DNA of 62,344 nt, the filler included, from Aduncisulcus paluster (lineage: Eukaryota): NCBI GenBank assembly GCA_024181965.1. It is 7 parts of 7 records of this genome, joined end to end, with 100 filler letters (N's around TTAATTAATTAA, not from the genome) between each part and the next. Parts side by side here need not be neighbours in the genome. Positions count along the whole stretch, not along the records: positions 10,065 to 28,275 come from BQXS01011002.1; positions 28,376 to 35,823 come from BQXS01011003.1; 5 more parts are not named here. One strand, written 5' to 3'. Positions 18,613 to 30,213 of this stretch are shown here, piece by piece. Each line of letters begins with the position of its first letter. Position 1 is the first letter of the stretch. A program made the position numbers and the translations under genes. Below the pieces are notes generated by a model. It ran no database searches, had not been told where the DNA came from, and saw nothing but the letters and a program-made list of their open reading frames with translations.

Positions 18613-21600
18613 TGCTATAATTGTTTGCCACGATGAGGTTAGTTGAGTATAGAGTCTCTAACACAATAAGAGAAGATATGGTCTCGGCTTGACTAACACC
18701 AACGAATATCTCAACACTCTTCAGCACAAGGACACATATCATCAGACTACATACAAGGATAATAAGAGTCATGCAAACAGTGATACACAGGAATGTCGTG
18801 TGCTCTTTTTGGATGTGAATGGTAGCATTTGGGTGCAGAGAGGGGAATGTATTGGAAAGAATGTGAGGGAAAGCAGCAAGTTGCATGCGTGAAAGATGGG
18901 TTTCTTGCGATCCAGGGACAATCTCAAGCATATCATCAAAGGGGTTCGTCTGATTAGAAATTGTAGTGCCAGATTGACGGGTAGAGCTTGAGTAATTTAG
19001 AGAACTCTGACCGACTCCATTGTATTCGTTGAATTGCTTGACAGCATCAAAAGGAATGATATAGTTAATTGGAACATCCTGAAGGGCTGTTTCTCGAAGT
19101 ATTTTGAGGAGTTCTTCTCTATCCATGCCACTATCAGCACTTCGACGAATCAAAGACGCAGAACTCCTTGTCTTATTGAGGATGTCCTGCTCAGGAGTTT
19201 CTCTTTCCTCGCTAATTTCATCATCACGGGGCGATCTGAGTGTATTTGTCATGATATGATCCTTCGAAGGTGAACTATCACCTCTCTTGTTATCACTCTC
19301 AGAGACACCATCCACAATAAAGATATTGGGCGGATGTTTCCTATCTTTCACGAAAGATTTAGTTTCACTTGTGGAACTATCACTCTTGCTAAAATTCTTG
19401 AACTCAGGAGGGGACTGCCGCCCAAGTTTCAACTGTTGAGAGTACTGTTTCGTTGCCTGATGAATCAAACGAAGACCAACGCTATTAGATTCCTCAGAAC
19501 CGCTGAGATGACGCATTTGAGAGGATTCATCGGCACTATTGGCATCTAAGATAAGAGGCTCTTTATCTTTGGAAGAGGTTGGAGGGGAGCTTGCTTCCTC
19601 TCCGATCTTGAGACGTTGATTCATGACTGTCGAAAGTTGGGGGATATATCCGCGTTCCATCCGTTTTTTCAACTTTTCTTCCTCATCCATGAAAGGATCA
19701 AGAGAACATGAGAACAATGGTGGTTGCAGAGCTGCCAAAGATTCCTTATGGATACTCTCAATAATATCACGGGGCGTCATAGAGGATGAGGTGAACTTGC
19801 GTGAATTGTTCTTGGGAGACATGTCGGTCGAGGGAATAAGCTCGGATGGCTCAGGAGTATCTCGAACTCTAGTTACACTCAACGAAGGTGGGGGAACCCA
19901 ACACCGATCAAAGAAAAATCTAGCCATGTTCTGTGCATTCCGCTGAACAATTTCTTTGTAACACCCAGATAGAGTCTTCTCTGCACTGACTTCATCATCG
20001 CTGTCTGACGATTCGGTATCCTCTTCTTTCATAGCAGCCTCAAGACGATCAAGATCAGTTGAGTAATCTTTTCTCATGTGATCCATTCCACTCATACTTG
20101 AACTGAGATTTGGAATGTCAAGGTGAGTATCACTCCCAAAGAAATTAAAAGTGGAGCCGCCTTTGTCAGCATCTTCCGTATCAGAACGGGATTGTCCAGT
20201 CGACCCAGGATGGGATGTAGGTCCTTCAACATGAATGATACTAGGGTTTCTATTACGATATGTCATGGGATAGCTTGAAGAGGAAGAGTTGCTGGTTGAC
20301 CTTGAAGAGCTACGGGCACTTGAGTCTTTTGTCACACCAGGAACTTCTAACTGGGAGCGAGCAGATGCACTCTCACCAGTGATCTCAGTAGTGGGACCAA
20401 TCTTCTTCTTCTCTCCCACAACAATGGAATCTTTCCCACTGCCCACTCCAAAAGGTGCCGCAGGTTGCATAGAATCAATGAATGACGGCGGTGTATGATC
20501 ATATTGTCGACTCTGATGAGACGTTTGAGGAATCATGTCATGTCTGCTACTGGAAGCTGTGTGAAACATTCTGTATGATTGAAGGGTATTAATGGAATTC
20601 AAGGAAGGAGTTCCTGAAGCCATCGGAGGCAACTGGGAATGAATATGTGTTGAATGGGCCTTAGAAGATGAATTCAGGAATGGGATCGACGGTTGATGCC
20701 CATGATCTCCAGGAACAGGGACATCACCAATACCTTCGGTAGTTGCCGAGATCGATGGAATACCTTCGGTAGTTCCCGAGATCGATGGAATTTCCACATG
20801 TCCACTTTCGCTCAGTCTTCTTCCACTTTCTCTCCCTTCCATTTCATCAGACTCAAGGGCAGGAGTGAGTCGGCTGACAGATGTGAAGGGCTTATACATG
20901 GAAGATGTTGGCAAAGACATTCGTCTTAATTGTTTTTCGGCTCGGCGGAAGACGGAATTATAATCAGCCGAATCCTTTCTCTCAATATCACTCACAACAG
21001 ATTCGGGATCGAACTGTTCGGAAGATGATCTGTTGTTTTGACTGTTCATACTTGCACGTCTGACATCATGCTCATGCTCACCCTCTGTTGTACTGCCCCT
21101 TTCACTTGCGTGGGTTGTGGAAATGTCCAAAAGAGAAGAATTACTCCTCGGGGAAGAAGCAATATCAAATGTCATCTTTCCAACATTGGATAATATCAAT
21201 TCAGGGAGAACAATTTCCCTATCTTCTTGCTCTTTCCTTCGTTTTTCAATCATATACGAAACCATTTGCCTCAATTTCTCTCTTCTATGCTTCAAGCGAG
21301 TACATTCATCGGTCAAATCACGTTCTTCCTTTGCAGCAGGCTTCTTTTGACCCATCAATTCTGTGAAAGAGGTTTGTATTTGGGCTCCTCTGCTTTGAGT
21401 AATGAGCAAGGCACAATGGACAAAAAACCCCTGTGACAATGACGGATTTAGGCAGACATTTAGAGCAAATCCTCCAGCTAGCGATAAGACACCGAGTTTG
21501 AATGAGTATTTTGAATTCAAAGCAACCATCCTTTCGAGGGTATATCTCGTTTGAAGATATTTCTTGAAAGATAGGTCAAACACAGTGTCAATAATATTTG

Positions 21601-24378
21601 AGGAAGCCTGAGTGTAAGTCTGGAGACGAGAAAGGTTCGGTTTAATGTCTTCAACATTCAATGGCTCATTCTTATACTTACTTTTTGACAGGTTAGCGAC
21701 GCTATTCCTTCCCAATTTCGAGTATTCCCCTTCGATTTTCTGTGATGTCAATGTGAGTGAATGTAACAACTCGAAAAAGACTGATCGTTGGTGCAAACAG
21801 CGCATGTAACTTTTTCTGGCCTTTTGGAATTGCTTTTTAATGTTATTTTTCCATTGAACGTCAGATACATCGATAGATTCAAACTCAAGGTCAAAGACTG
21901 TCTTGGGAATTGTCGGTTTGAAAGAAGATTCTTTGTAAGAGACCCCGAGACTTGGTCTTCTCTTCCCTGGATCGGCAAGGTCTTGTGTTTGAGAATTGTG
22001 CAAGTTCGAACTTTGGCCTACCATCGAGGACTCCACCCTTGAATCATCCCCCGGATCAAACCCAAAGGCATCGATGGAGTATTTCCGCTCGTCATGTTTG
22101 GGTGGAACGTGTGAAGATGTCGAAGAGGAAGAAGAGGAGGAAGAACCATTAGTCGTTGAGGCATGTGAATATGAATTATTCACCTGAGAGGAGTTATAAC
22201 TGACCTGAGAGGAAGCTTGTGAGCTGTGAGTTGGGAAAGATTGGGTATTAATAACTGTTGCAGACCCACCTTCCTCAAGCAATCCTTTTACGCTCTCAAA
22301 GCTATGGGATACTGGTGTTGTACTCTTCTTCTCATCGGAAAGACTATAATCTTTCGATTTTGATGTCTTGTATTCGGTCGAATTATTCACAGAGGCTGCA
22401 AAGTTTGAGGATATAGAATTTCCATGTTTAGGTCTCTCGGTATCCTCTTCTACACTCTGAATTGTACTTAAACTCTCTGCATCATCCATGCTCGCATCTC
22501 TCTTCTTCATATCACTTGTTTGCTCTCCTGATGCCAGTTCGGTATCTTGTGAGATATTAGAAATGGCAGAAGTACTCAATTTGGCCTTGTCCTCTGGTTT
22601 AAGGATATGAGAATGGGCCACACTAAGCCTGCGGCTTGCACCACCTGATGAGGTTCCAAAGGGCTGCCCATCTTTTGCTGAATGCTGTCCATCTTTGGTG
22701 TTTTTCTCAATGGCTTTCAATGTATAAATGATGTTTCTATTCATAAACAACTCAGCGATATGACATATCTCATGGGCAATGTTATGACGGAACTGGAAGA
22801 GCGAGTATTTCCTCAATGTTGAGTAGTTTCGCTCAATACATCGAATGACAGTGCGTCTGGATGACTTTGAGAAGTTGATGAAGGGAGAATACTCGCTAAT
22901 CGAAGAATTGGCTCGATTACTGTGCATGGAATCGATATCGTCTTGTAAATACAAATCACCGACCTTTTTGAAGGAAAACGAGTTGTAATAAATTTGGGAG
23001 AGTTTAGCTCGAGATATGTCATACTCGTTGATTGGAATAAGCATCCCGTTATCCTTTTTGAACCTATCGAGTCGTTTGGTGAAAGAAAAGATTGAAGAAG
23101 ATTCTAATCCAGAATCGAACCGTTTCACAAATTCTAAGGAGGAACTCGCCAACACTGAAGGAAATATGATTCGATTTGTCGGTAGGATACGATATTGCTC
23201 GTCTTCCTCCGACATGGATAATTGAGTGCGATCTAGTCTATTCCCAAGGAAAGAGTCAATGCAATTAAGTGTCAAACAGCTCCAATGAAGTGTCATATCT
23301 GCCAAAACCTCAGATATCGAGTGAGAAAGAATGAACCGAATGAGGAATATTGTAAAATGAGGTGAAAAATGTAAACCCATTCTATCCATATTCAAAGGAA
23401 TGTCCATATCCATGAACCGTGGAAGATCCGTGAAGAATGAGTCTTCCTCAGAATCGAATTCCTTTGGAGAGTATCGAGAGGAGTGGGAGAACTCCTGTCT
23501 GTCCGAATATGAAGAATAAGAATATGGATACGAATAAGAATACTCAGAGCTATTCTGTCCAGACGATCGATATTGCTGAACACGGGGCTGGGATAGGAAA
23601 TCTCTCACTGATCTTTCCCGCGAGATAACAGCATCTCGTTCAGAGGAGAGCTGGCGTTCAACGATTCCCAGGAAAGGACGTGTGAATATCGAATTGCATT
23701 GATAAAATGACGTCGGGAATATCATATCGACGAATTCCTGAGGGATATTGAGGTTCTTGGCCATGTGATTGGTTCCAGAATTGGACATATTATACGAATA
23801 TGTGAGAGGAGTGGTGTCTGTGACTGCAAGACTCGTAGAAATGGAAGAATGGGGTATTCCATCAGTAGTTTCAGGGTTAGTTCCTTGAGCTCGAGCAGTA
23901 GACGCCTGGGTATTTGACGAATCATCGACAACAAATTCACTAGATCTTGTGCTACTGCTGGTGACAGGAAGAAAAGCCTTCGCGTATTCCTCTGTCATTT
24001 GGTCAGCACGAGGAGCTGATTGAGCCTCCTCCTTAGATCTACGAGACTCGCTTGAGGTCGACTTTCCCTTTACACCGGATGAAGATGTGGAAGAACTTGC
24101 AATTGACAACTGAAACTCATCCGAATGGACACGAGAGAGAGTGTATGCACTATCGGCTGGCGTGGATCCAGTATCTTCTCCCATATCGACATGGGAGACG
24201 GGAGTGGATGGAGTTGGATTCAGAAAGTTGGAGAGTTTGGCCTGTTGTGAATTCATATTCCGAGGCATTGACTCCAAAAGCTGAGCAATTGTTGTTTTGT
24301 TAGCAATGATGCTTTCTCTCCTCCCAGCTTCTTCAAGTCTTTGATCGTGGAACATAGGATTATTCAACCGAGGATCAG
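18521..24378 (-). CDS. Giant membrane protein, middle segment (Ser-rich, TM helix near its end)
   Basis: 1948-aa ORF whose first ~56 aa are identical to the end of the 24375-28199 ORF, because 179 bp are duplicated across the 20-N gap. Confidence 0.8.
20729..20791. repeat. 30-bp in-frame tandem duplication (IPSISGTTEG / IPSISATTEG)
   Basis: AATACCTTCGGTAGTT(G/C)CCGAGATCGATGG occurs twice with one mismatch. Confidence 0.85.
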
Positions 24379-24577
24379 NNNNNNNNNNNNNNNNNNNNGG
24401 GAGTGGATGGAGTTGGATTCAGAAAGTTGGAGAGTTTGGCCTGTTGTGAATTCATATTCCGAGGCATTGACTCCAAAAGCTGAGCAATTGTTGTTTTGTT
24501 AGCAATGATGCTTTCTCTCCTCCCAGCTTCTTCAAGTCTTTGATCGTGGAACATAGGATTATTCAACCGAGGATCAG
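24200..24577. repeat. Assembly artefact: identical 179-bp direct duplicate (24200-24378 = 24399-24577) around a 20-N gap
   Basis: Identical sequence lies on both sides of the Ns; collapsing it restores a single reading frame. Confidence 0.9.
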
Positions 24578-27500
24578 AGAGATCGTCCTCTTTCTCTTCA
24601 GGTATGTCAGAGGATATGGGAAGGACGATATCATCCCTCGTTTTCTCAGCCGTTGGCGTATCTCGATTTCGATCAGTCGGAGCTGAGGACTGGTCTTCAG
24701 TCTTATCGAGAGAGGTCATATTCTCCGTAGTGGTTCCCATTGACTTATTTTCTAGCTTTCGCTGTCTCTTCATCTCCTTCTTAAGCTCAACAAAGGCTAA
24801 ATCAACCTCAATAGCCACTTTATCTCTGCGAATCCTCTCCTTCGAAATATCAGAGAGTTCAATTTCATCTTCTAATTCTTCAATTTCACGCTTTTGCTGC
24901 TCAACAATCGTGTTTTGGTTCTTTTTCTTCCAGTTCTTGGACTTCTGAATCTGCTTTGAGATTGATTTGTTCACAAGGCGAGTGTTCCCCAGTAAATTCA
25001 CTGCACTTAGATATTTAGAAGACGAAGCAGTCTTTGGCGGCGGCGATGATGACATTTCCATTGCCATAGATGCCAATCGTCCAATGAAAGCATGTGAGGT
25101 TGGGGATGAGGGCGAGAGAGATGGAAATAAGAGAGTGATCACACTTGTAAGGTTCTGACAAGCAGGGATCTTAAAGAATCCATCTGGAGCTGAGAGAAGG
25201 ATAGGGAAGAGGGGCAATGAATATGGACCATTCGTGGATAAATACTTCACAGATTCATCATAAAAGGACTCAGATTTAACCGATGGAATGGAAACATAGG
25301 GAGGTTTCTCATCCGAATGCTCCATTATCGTGTCAATAGACTCTTGTTGTTGAAGTTTGTGCACAGATTTAGAGCTTGAATTCTCAACTGGAGCATCAGG
25401 TGCTTCTTTCGTACAGTATAGTGCAGTATCTTTGGTCTTCGTCGGGGCTTCGGCCGATATCCGTTTGGTCCGCTCATTCTTGATGTTCGATGAAGATGAA
25501 GAATGATCCGATTGCTGTTGCAACTGAGTAACATCAGGTTTTGAGGTGGGAATAGATTTGGCAGATACGGCATGCGCACTCTCTCTCTCATCCAGGGCAT
25601 ATGAATTCGATACCAACTCAGTAAATCTCCTCCTCTCCATGTCTCTATGCATGATCTCAACAAGCGAATAGTAACGCTGGATACCCTTGTTGAAAGTAAA
25701 CGAATGGATCCCTTTTCTCACCAGATATACAGGAAAAGAGATAATCTGAAGGAACAACACAACAGAACAAAATAAAAAATGCTTAACAGCCTCAAAAAAA
25801 TACGCCCAAAATCCAATTTCATTCTCATGAACAGATTTGTCAACTTTTAGAGGTCTATTTGGTCCAAAATAATCTTGGCAAGCTGAATTCTGGGCTGAGA
25901 AAGGAGGTATTTCGAGATGAATATCGATATATTTAGAAGATGGAATCGTATCCAAGACCCTTTCTTCAGAAATCCTATCTTCCTTCTCGGAATCAGACGC
26001 AGAATGAGACTCATGTGAGTGGGATTCAGAAGAGGATGTGACAGATCGAGATGAGCTTGAGGACTTGACCTGGACTTTGTTTTGAATGAGTGGGTGCGGT
26101 ACTGCTGCTGTATCCCTGTCCTTGTTGTTCAGTGCATCGATCCGCGAGTGAGAGTCATATTGGTCGTGCAGTACTTCATCGATATCATGAAGTTGGGCAG
26201 AAAGTCGTGGCTGGATAGGACTTGATCCCTCAAGCGATGAAATGGTCTGCTTTGAACTGGACGCATCTTCTCCACCGATCCAAGAGTCAGTGATTCCATG
26301 CTGTTGTTCGGCGGAAGAAAGTGGCTTTTGTTCAGGAATACGACGGATAGTCTCTGTGCGGCGAAGGCTTCGTTGGATTCTGTTGGATATTCTGGTGGTT
26401 TCTTGACGAATTCTCCTCTTCCGTTTCACCATTTGTCCCTTCAATAAATGCATACGGATGGAACGAGACAATTTTTCTCCCTGAAACACAGGATATACAC
26501 GATTATCATACTTGATTTTATCCAATAACAATCCCACTGCAATACAATCACTCACAGACCAGGATGCGGGGATATGATTGGGTGGTGAATGCGTGAGGAA
26601 AAGCATTAAGAATGAAGTTATAGAGAGCAATGAACTATGCGTGTAAGGAGAAATATGATTGAATGATTTTCCATAGAATTTGGGAAAGAACAACACGGAT
26701 GATGTCTGTGAAGATGATGAAATATGTGCTGAGGATTGTCCACTACTCCGAGATGTAGGGTGCTCTTTCACAGGTGGAAGCTGTGGTGAAGATGTCTGAA
26801 AAGGGGATGAAGAATGAGAATTCCCTGTCGATCTGGAGGGTTGGAGAGACGAATGGCCTGACATGGTCAGAGGATATGTTCCAGAAATACCAACGGGGGC
26901 AGAATGAGGCGTTTGAAGAGATGAAAAGATTGTATTTATGACTGTATTTCCTGCATTCTTGGGTTCTTTCTCAGTCTCAATCTTTTGTTCACTTATTATG
27001 CCAAGTGCTTTCGCTTCAGCCGTTGAATGTTGATGACTTTTATGGTGTCTATCAGTGTTCGACCCCGAAGTGATTGAAAACATATTCCAAACGAGATTTA
27101 ATATATTCTTGACCACCCCAGTAACCTTTTTGTACCGAGCCTTTGTAATTGTGTCAGAGATGAGGAGTAAAATGATGGATATAGATGCTTGGCAGGCCAT
27201 CCATATTATTCTATTTTCATAGAGAATTCCCATATATTTAGCAGAGACTTCGTCCAGATATGAGAATAACTCCACGACATAATTCAGGCTCTGATCATTG
27301 ATGGATGCAGAAAACGTATGGATACTTATAAACAAATGCATCGAGTGGATGAAGAGAAACACTCCAAGGGTAAGGCTAGCATAAACACATTGCAATAGGT
27401 ATTTCCCTGCGTCGAGATTCTTTTTGATCGTTGGGTATGGGAATGAATGCTTTAAAATCAAGTAAGCATATAAAACTTGGTACAGAGAAACCAAGAAGAT

Positions 27501-28275
27501 TGGCAAATCAAACACCACATTAAACAGATAAAACCACATGTGTCTCGTTGAGAAGCACAAAACAAACCGAATCAAACAATGGAATATCTTGAGTTGGGGG
27601 AGCATAGATTCAGCCTTACGTTCCTGTTCCAGAAGCTTGGGCGACAACAGGGATCCATTACCGTTGAGAAATGAGTTTTGGAGCAAGGTTTGAATGTTTG
27701 AGAATTTGTTCAATTCCCCAGGTAAAGCAGAATTCTTCTTTGAAATATGTAACAAAGACTTGGCTGTCGGTGCGTGTGATAGCCTAGAAAAGAATTGAGA
27801 TGAGGAGTGTCGGGAATGCGATTGTTTGGTGGAAGAAGGGAGGAATGAGCCAAGTTGCTTCTTTGAAGATGGAACAGAATTGAATGAAAATGCCCGACGA
27901 TGAGCACCTGACTGACTCTTAGTGCTAGAGGACCTTTGATGGATCGACGAGGACGATTGGGAGGGTTGGAGAGTCTCCTTACTAGTACTGCTATACCGAC
28001 CGCTACCTTGTGTAACCTTCTGAACTTGGGACCTGGAAGAAGAGGAGGGAGAGCGAGTTGTTCTGCTTGTACTGCCATGGGTGCCATGTTCATATCTATG
28101 CCCTTTGTGCCTGTGTTTCTTGCTTTTCCTGGTTTTTTCCAATGTTGCAGCAGCGAGAGATGCAATGGAAGCATTATGCGTCACTGGAGCTGCACCCACA
28201 CACTGTACAATGGTTGCAGCAGCTATCGTGGTTGCGGTCTGTTGTTGTTGGTCGAAGGAAAGCCCAGATTTGTCC
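24399..28275 (-). CDS. Giant membrane protein, N-terminal-side segment (TM cluster plus Ser/His-rich regions), open into the contig linker
   Basis: 1274-aa ORF listed from a GTG codon, but the frame is open up to the linker (DKSGLSFDQQQQTATTIAAATIVQCVGAAPV...). Several hydrophobic helices lie around aa 200-350. Confidence 0.8.
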
Positions 28276-28375
28276 NNNNNNNNNNNNNNNNNNNNNNNNN
28301 NNNNNNNNNNNNNNNNNNNTTAATTAATTAANNNNNNNNNNNNNNNNNNNNNNNNNNNNNNNNNNNNNNNNNNNN

Positions 28376-29791
28376 CGGCATGATCAGTCCTGCAGTAGAT
28401 CCAGAGGAAGATGTCGTTGGAAGGGGCAATGGAATGGTCGGAAGAGGAATGTGAGCGGATGATTGATCCATTCCACCCATACCGGCACCATCCATACCTG
28501 GGGAAGGGGAATGGGGAGATCTCCCCATATCATAATGAGGCATGATGAAAGGAATCTGTCCAGGACTAGATACTTTATAGTCAATGGCAGTAGAGGGTGA
28601 ACCATGGGGCCCAGGCCCAACTGAGTGACCACTGAAGGGCTGGAGAGAGTCGACAGATAATGAATGGCGCATGTCGAACATATCCTGGAGTTGCTGCTGA
28701 AGTTGAAGCTGGGATTGTTGCTCCTCAAAGGCGTCCACAAATGGGACAGTGAATGGTTCAAGCAAGGAAGGCACAGTCGAGGCTGGGGAAGGTGTCGAAC
28801 TGCTACTATCTGTCACCATAATGGTAGGGGGGCCATCAGCAGGAGTATATTTGATATCGTCACTCTTGGAGGGTTCCATGACAAAGGGATGCTTGAGAAT
28901 ACCACCAGGAGTGATACGCTTGGCTGGATTTTTCTCGAGCATTTGAGATAGCAAATCTTTAAGAAAAGGTGGGCAAGGTGCGGGGAAGACAAGCTTATTC
29001 ACAGTCATTGATTGTTTTAGCATCTCAACGACATCATCACCGACAGACCCATGATTAACCTCGAATGGATGGACGCCAAAGACAAGTAAGAAGATAGTAA
29101 TCCCCATAGACCATACTTCTGAGGAAATAGAGGTGATTCTCTCGCCTTTAATAACCTCTGGGGCTTGGAAAGCTGGAGAAGATAAGAAATTGAGAGGTTT
29201 TCCAATCAAAGAGACGAGAGAAAAATCAACCAATTTGATCTTATCGTCTTGTCCAATCATAATATTGCTTGGCTTGATATCTCCGTGAATTAATCCCATG
29301 GATTCGAGGTATTTCAAAACTTTTGCAAGACTTCTAATGATTTTTCGAACGTGTTGAAGAGGTTGAGGACGAGTGATAAGCCGAAGTGTATTGTTGTGAA
29401 TAAATTCCTTAATATTCGCTATTTTACCTTCACACAATTCTAACACAAGGAAAATACGATTTCTAGTAGGACTTTGAATAACTTTATACAGATTACAAAT
29501 GTGGGGATGATCAAGACGCTGTAATACAGCAATCTCACGAAAAACAGTATCAAGAAGGTCATGTTGTTGAGTAGAATACTTTTTGAGATATGATTTGTTC
29601 AGGATTTTGAGGGCAAATTCACGGCCATCTTCTTTACGAATAGCATAGCGAACAGTACCATACATTCCTTTTCCAAGTGAATGACCAACAAGAAATGAGT
29701 CGTCTCCACTTGTTACAGCTGTTGTTTTACCCTCTGCATTCTTAGTAGTAACATAGGAACTACTAGTATCTCTCTTTGACTTTTTGGGCAT
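28376..29791 (-). CDS. Ser/Thr protein kinase, CAMKK/LKB1-like, C-terminus running into the linker
   Basis: GKGMYGTV, FALK, REIAVLQRLDHPHI, HGDIKPSN, DFS, SSPAFQAPE, VWSMG and RIT motifs, followed by a Ser/Pro/Gln low-complexity tail with no stop before the gap. Confidence 0.9.
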
Positions 29792-30213
29792 AATCAGAAG
29801 AAAACAGATAAAAATTCAAATAAACAAGGAAGAAAAAAGTCAAAATTGATAAGATAAGTTCTTGAAAAGCTTGAGCCTAACGAAATCTGGAATCCAAGAT
29901 TAAATATTAAATATGCAAAGTAAATAATAATGAATGAATATTGGTATAAATTTTGTTACACCAATAATTAATACTTGAATTATAATAACCATTATTTTTT
30001 TTTTCAACTACCAAATTCTCCAGAAAACGGAAACGAAATTGTCTCTTTACGAAAGATTGGATTATGAAAACACAATTTCATTGGCATAAAATTAAGCAAA
30101 AGGCATAAAATAAAAAGAAATAAAGCTCAAAATTTTTCTTATGTTTATAATTCTCATTCTGACAATTGAAACTTCTGTACATTGAGTTTTGCAAAATCTA
30201 TCTTACACAAAAG

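Noticed and set aside
24200-24577. Direct repeats of 179, 396 and 204 bp (also 32814-33625 and 41113-41540) as tandem duplications or LTRs
   Set aside because: Each pair is identical and separated by exactly 20 Ns, and collapsing the two coding cases restores the reading frames; these are unmerged contig overlaps.
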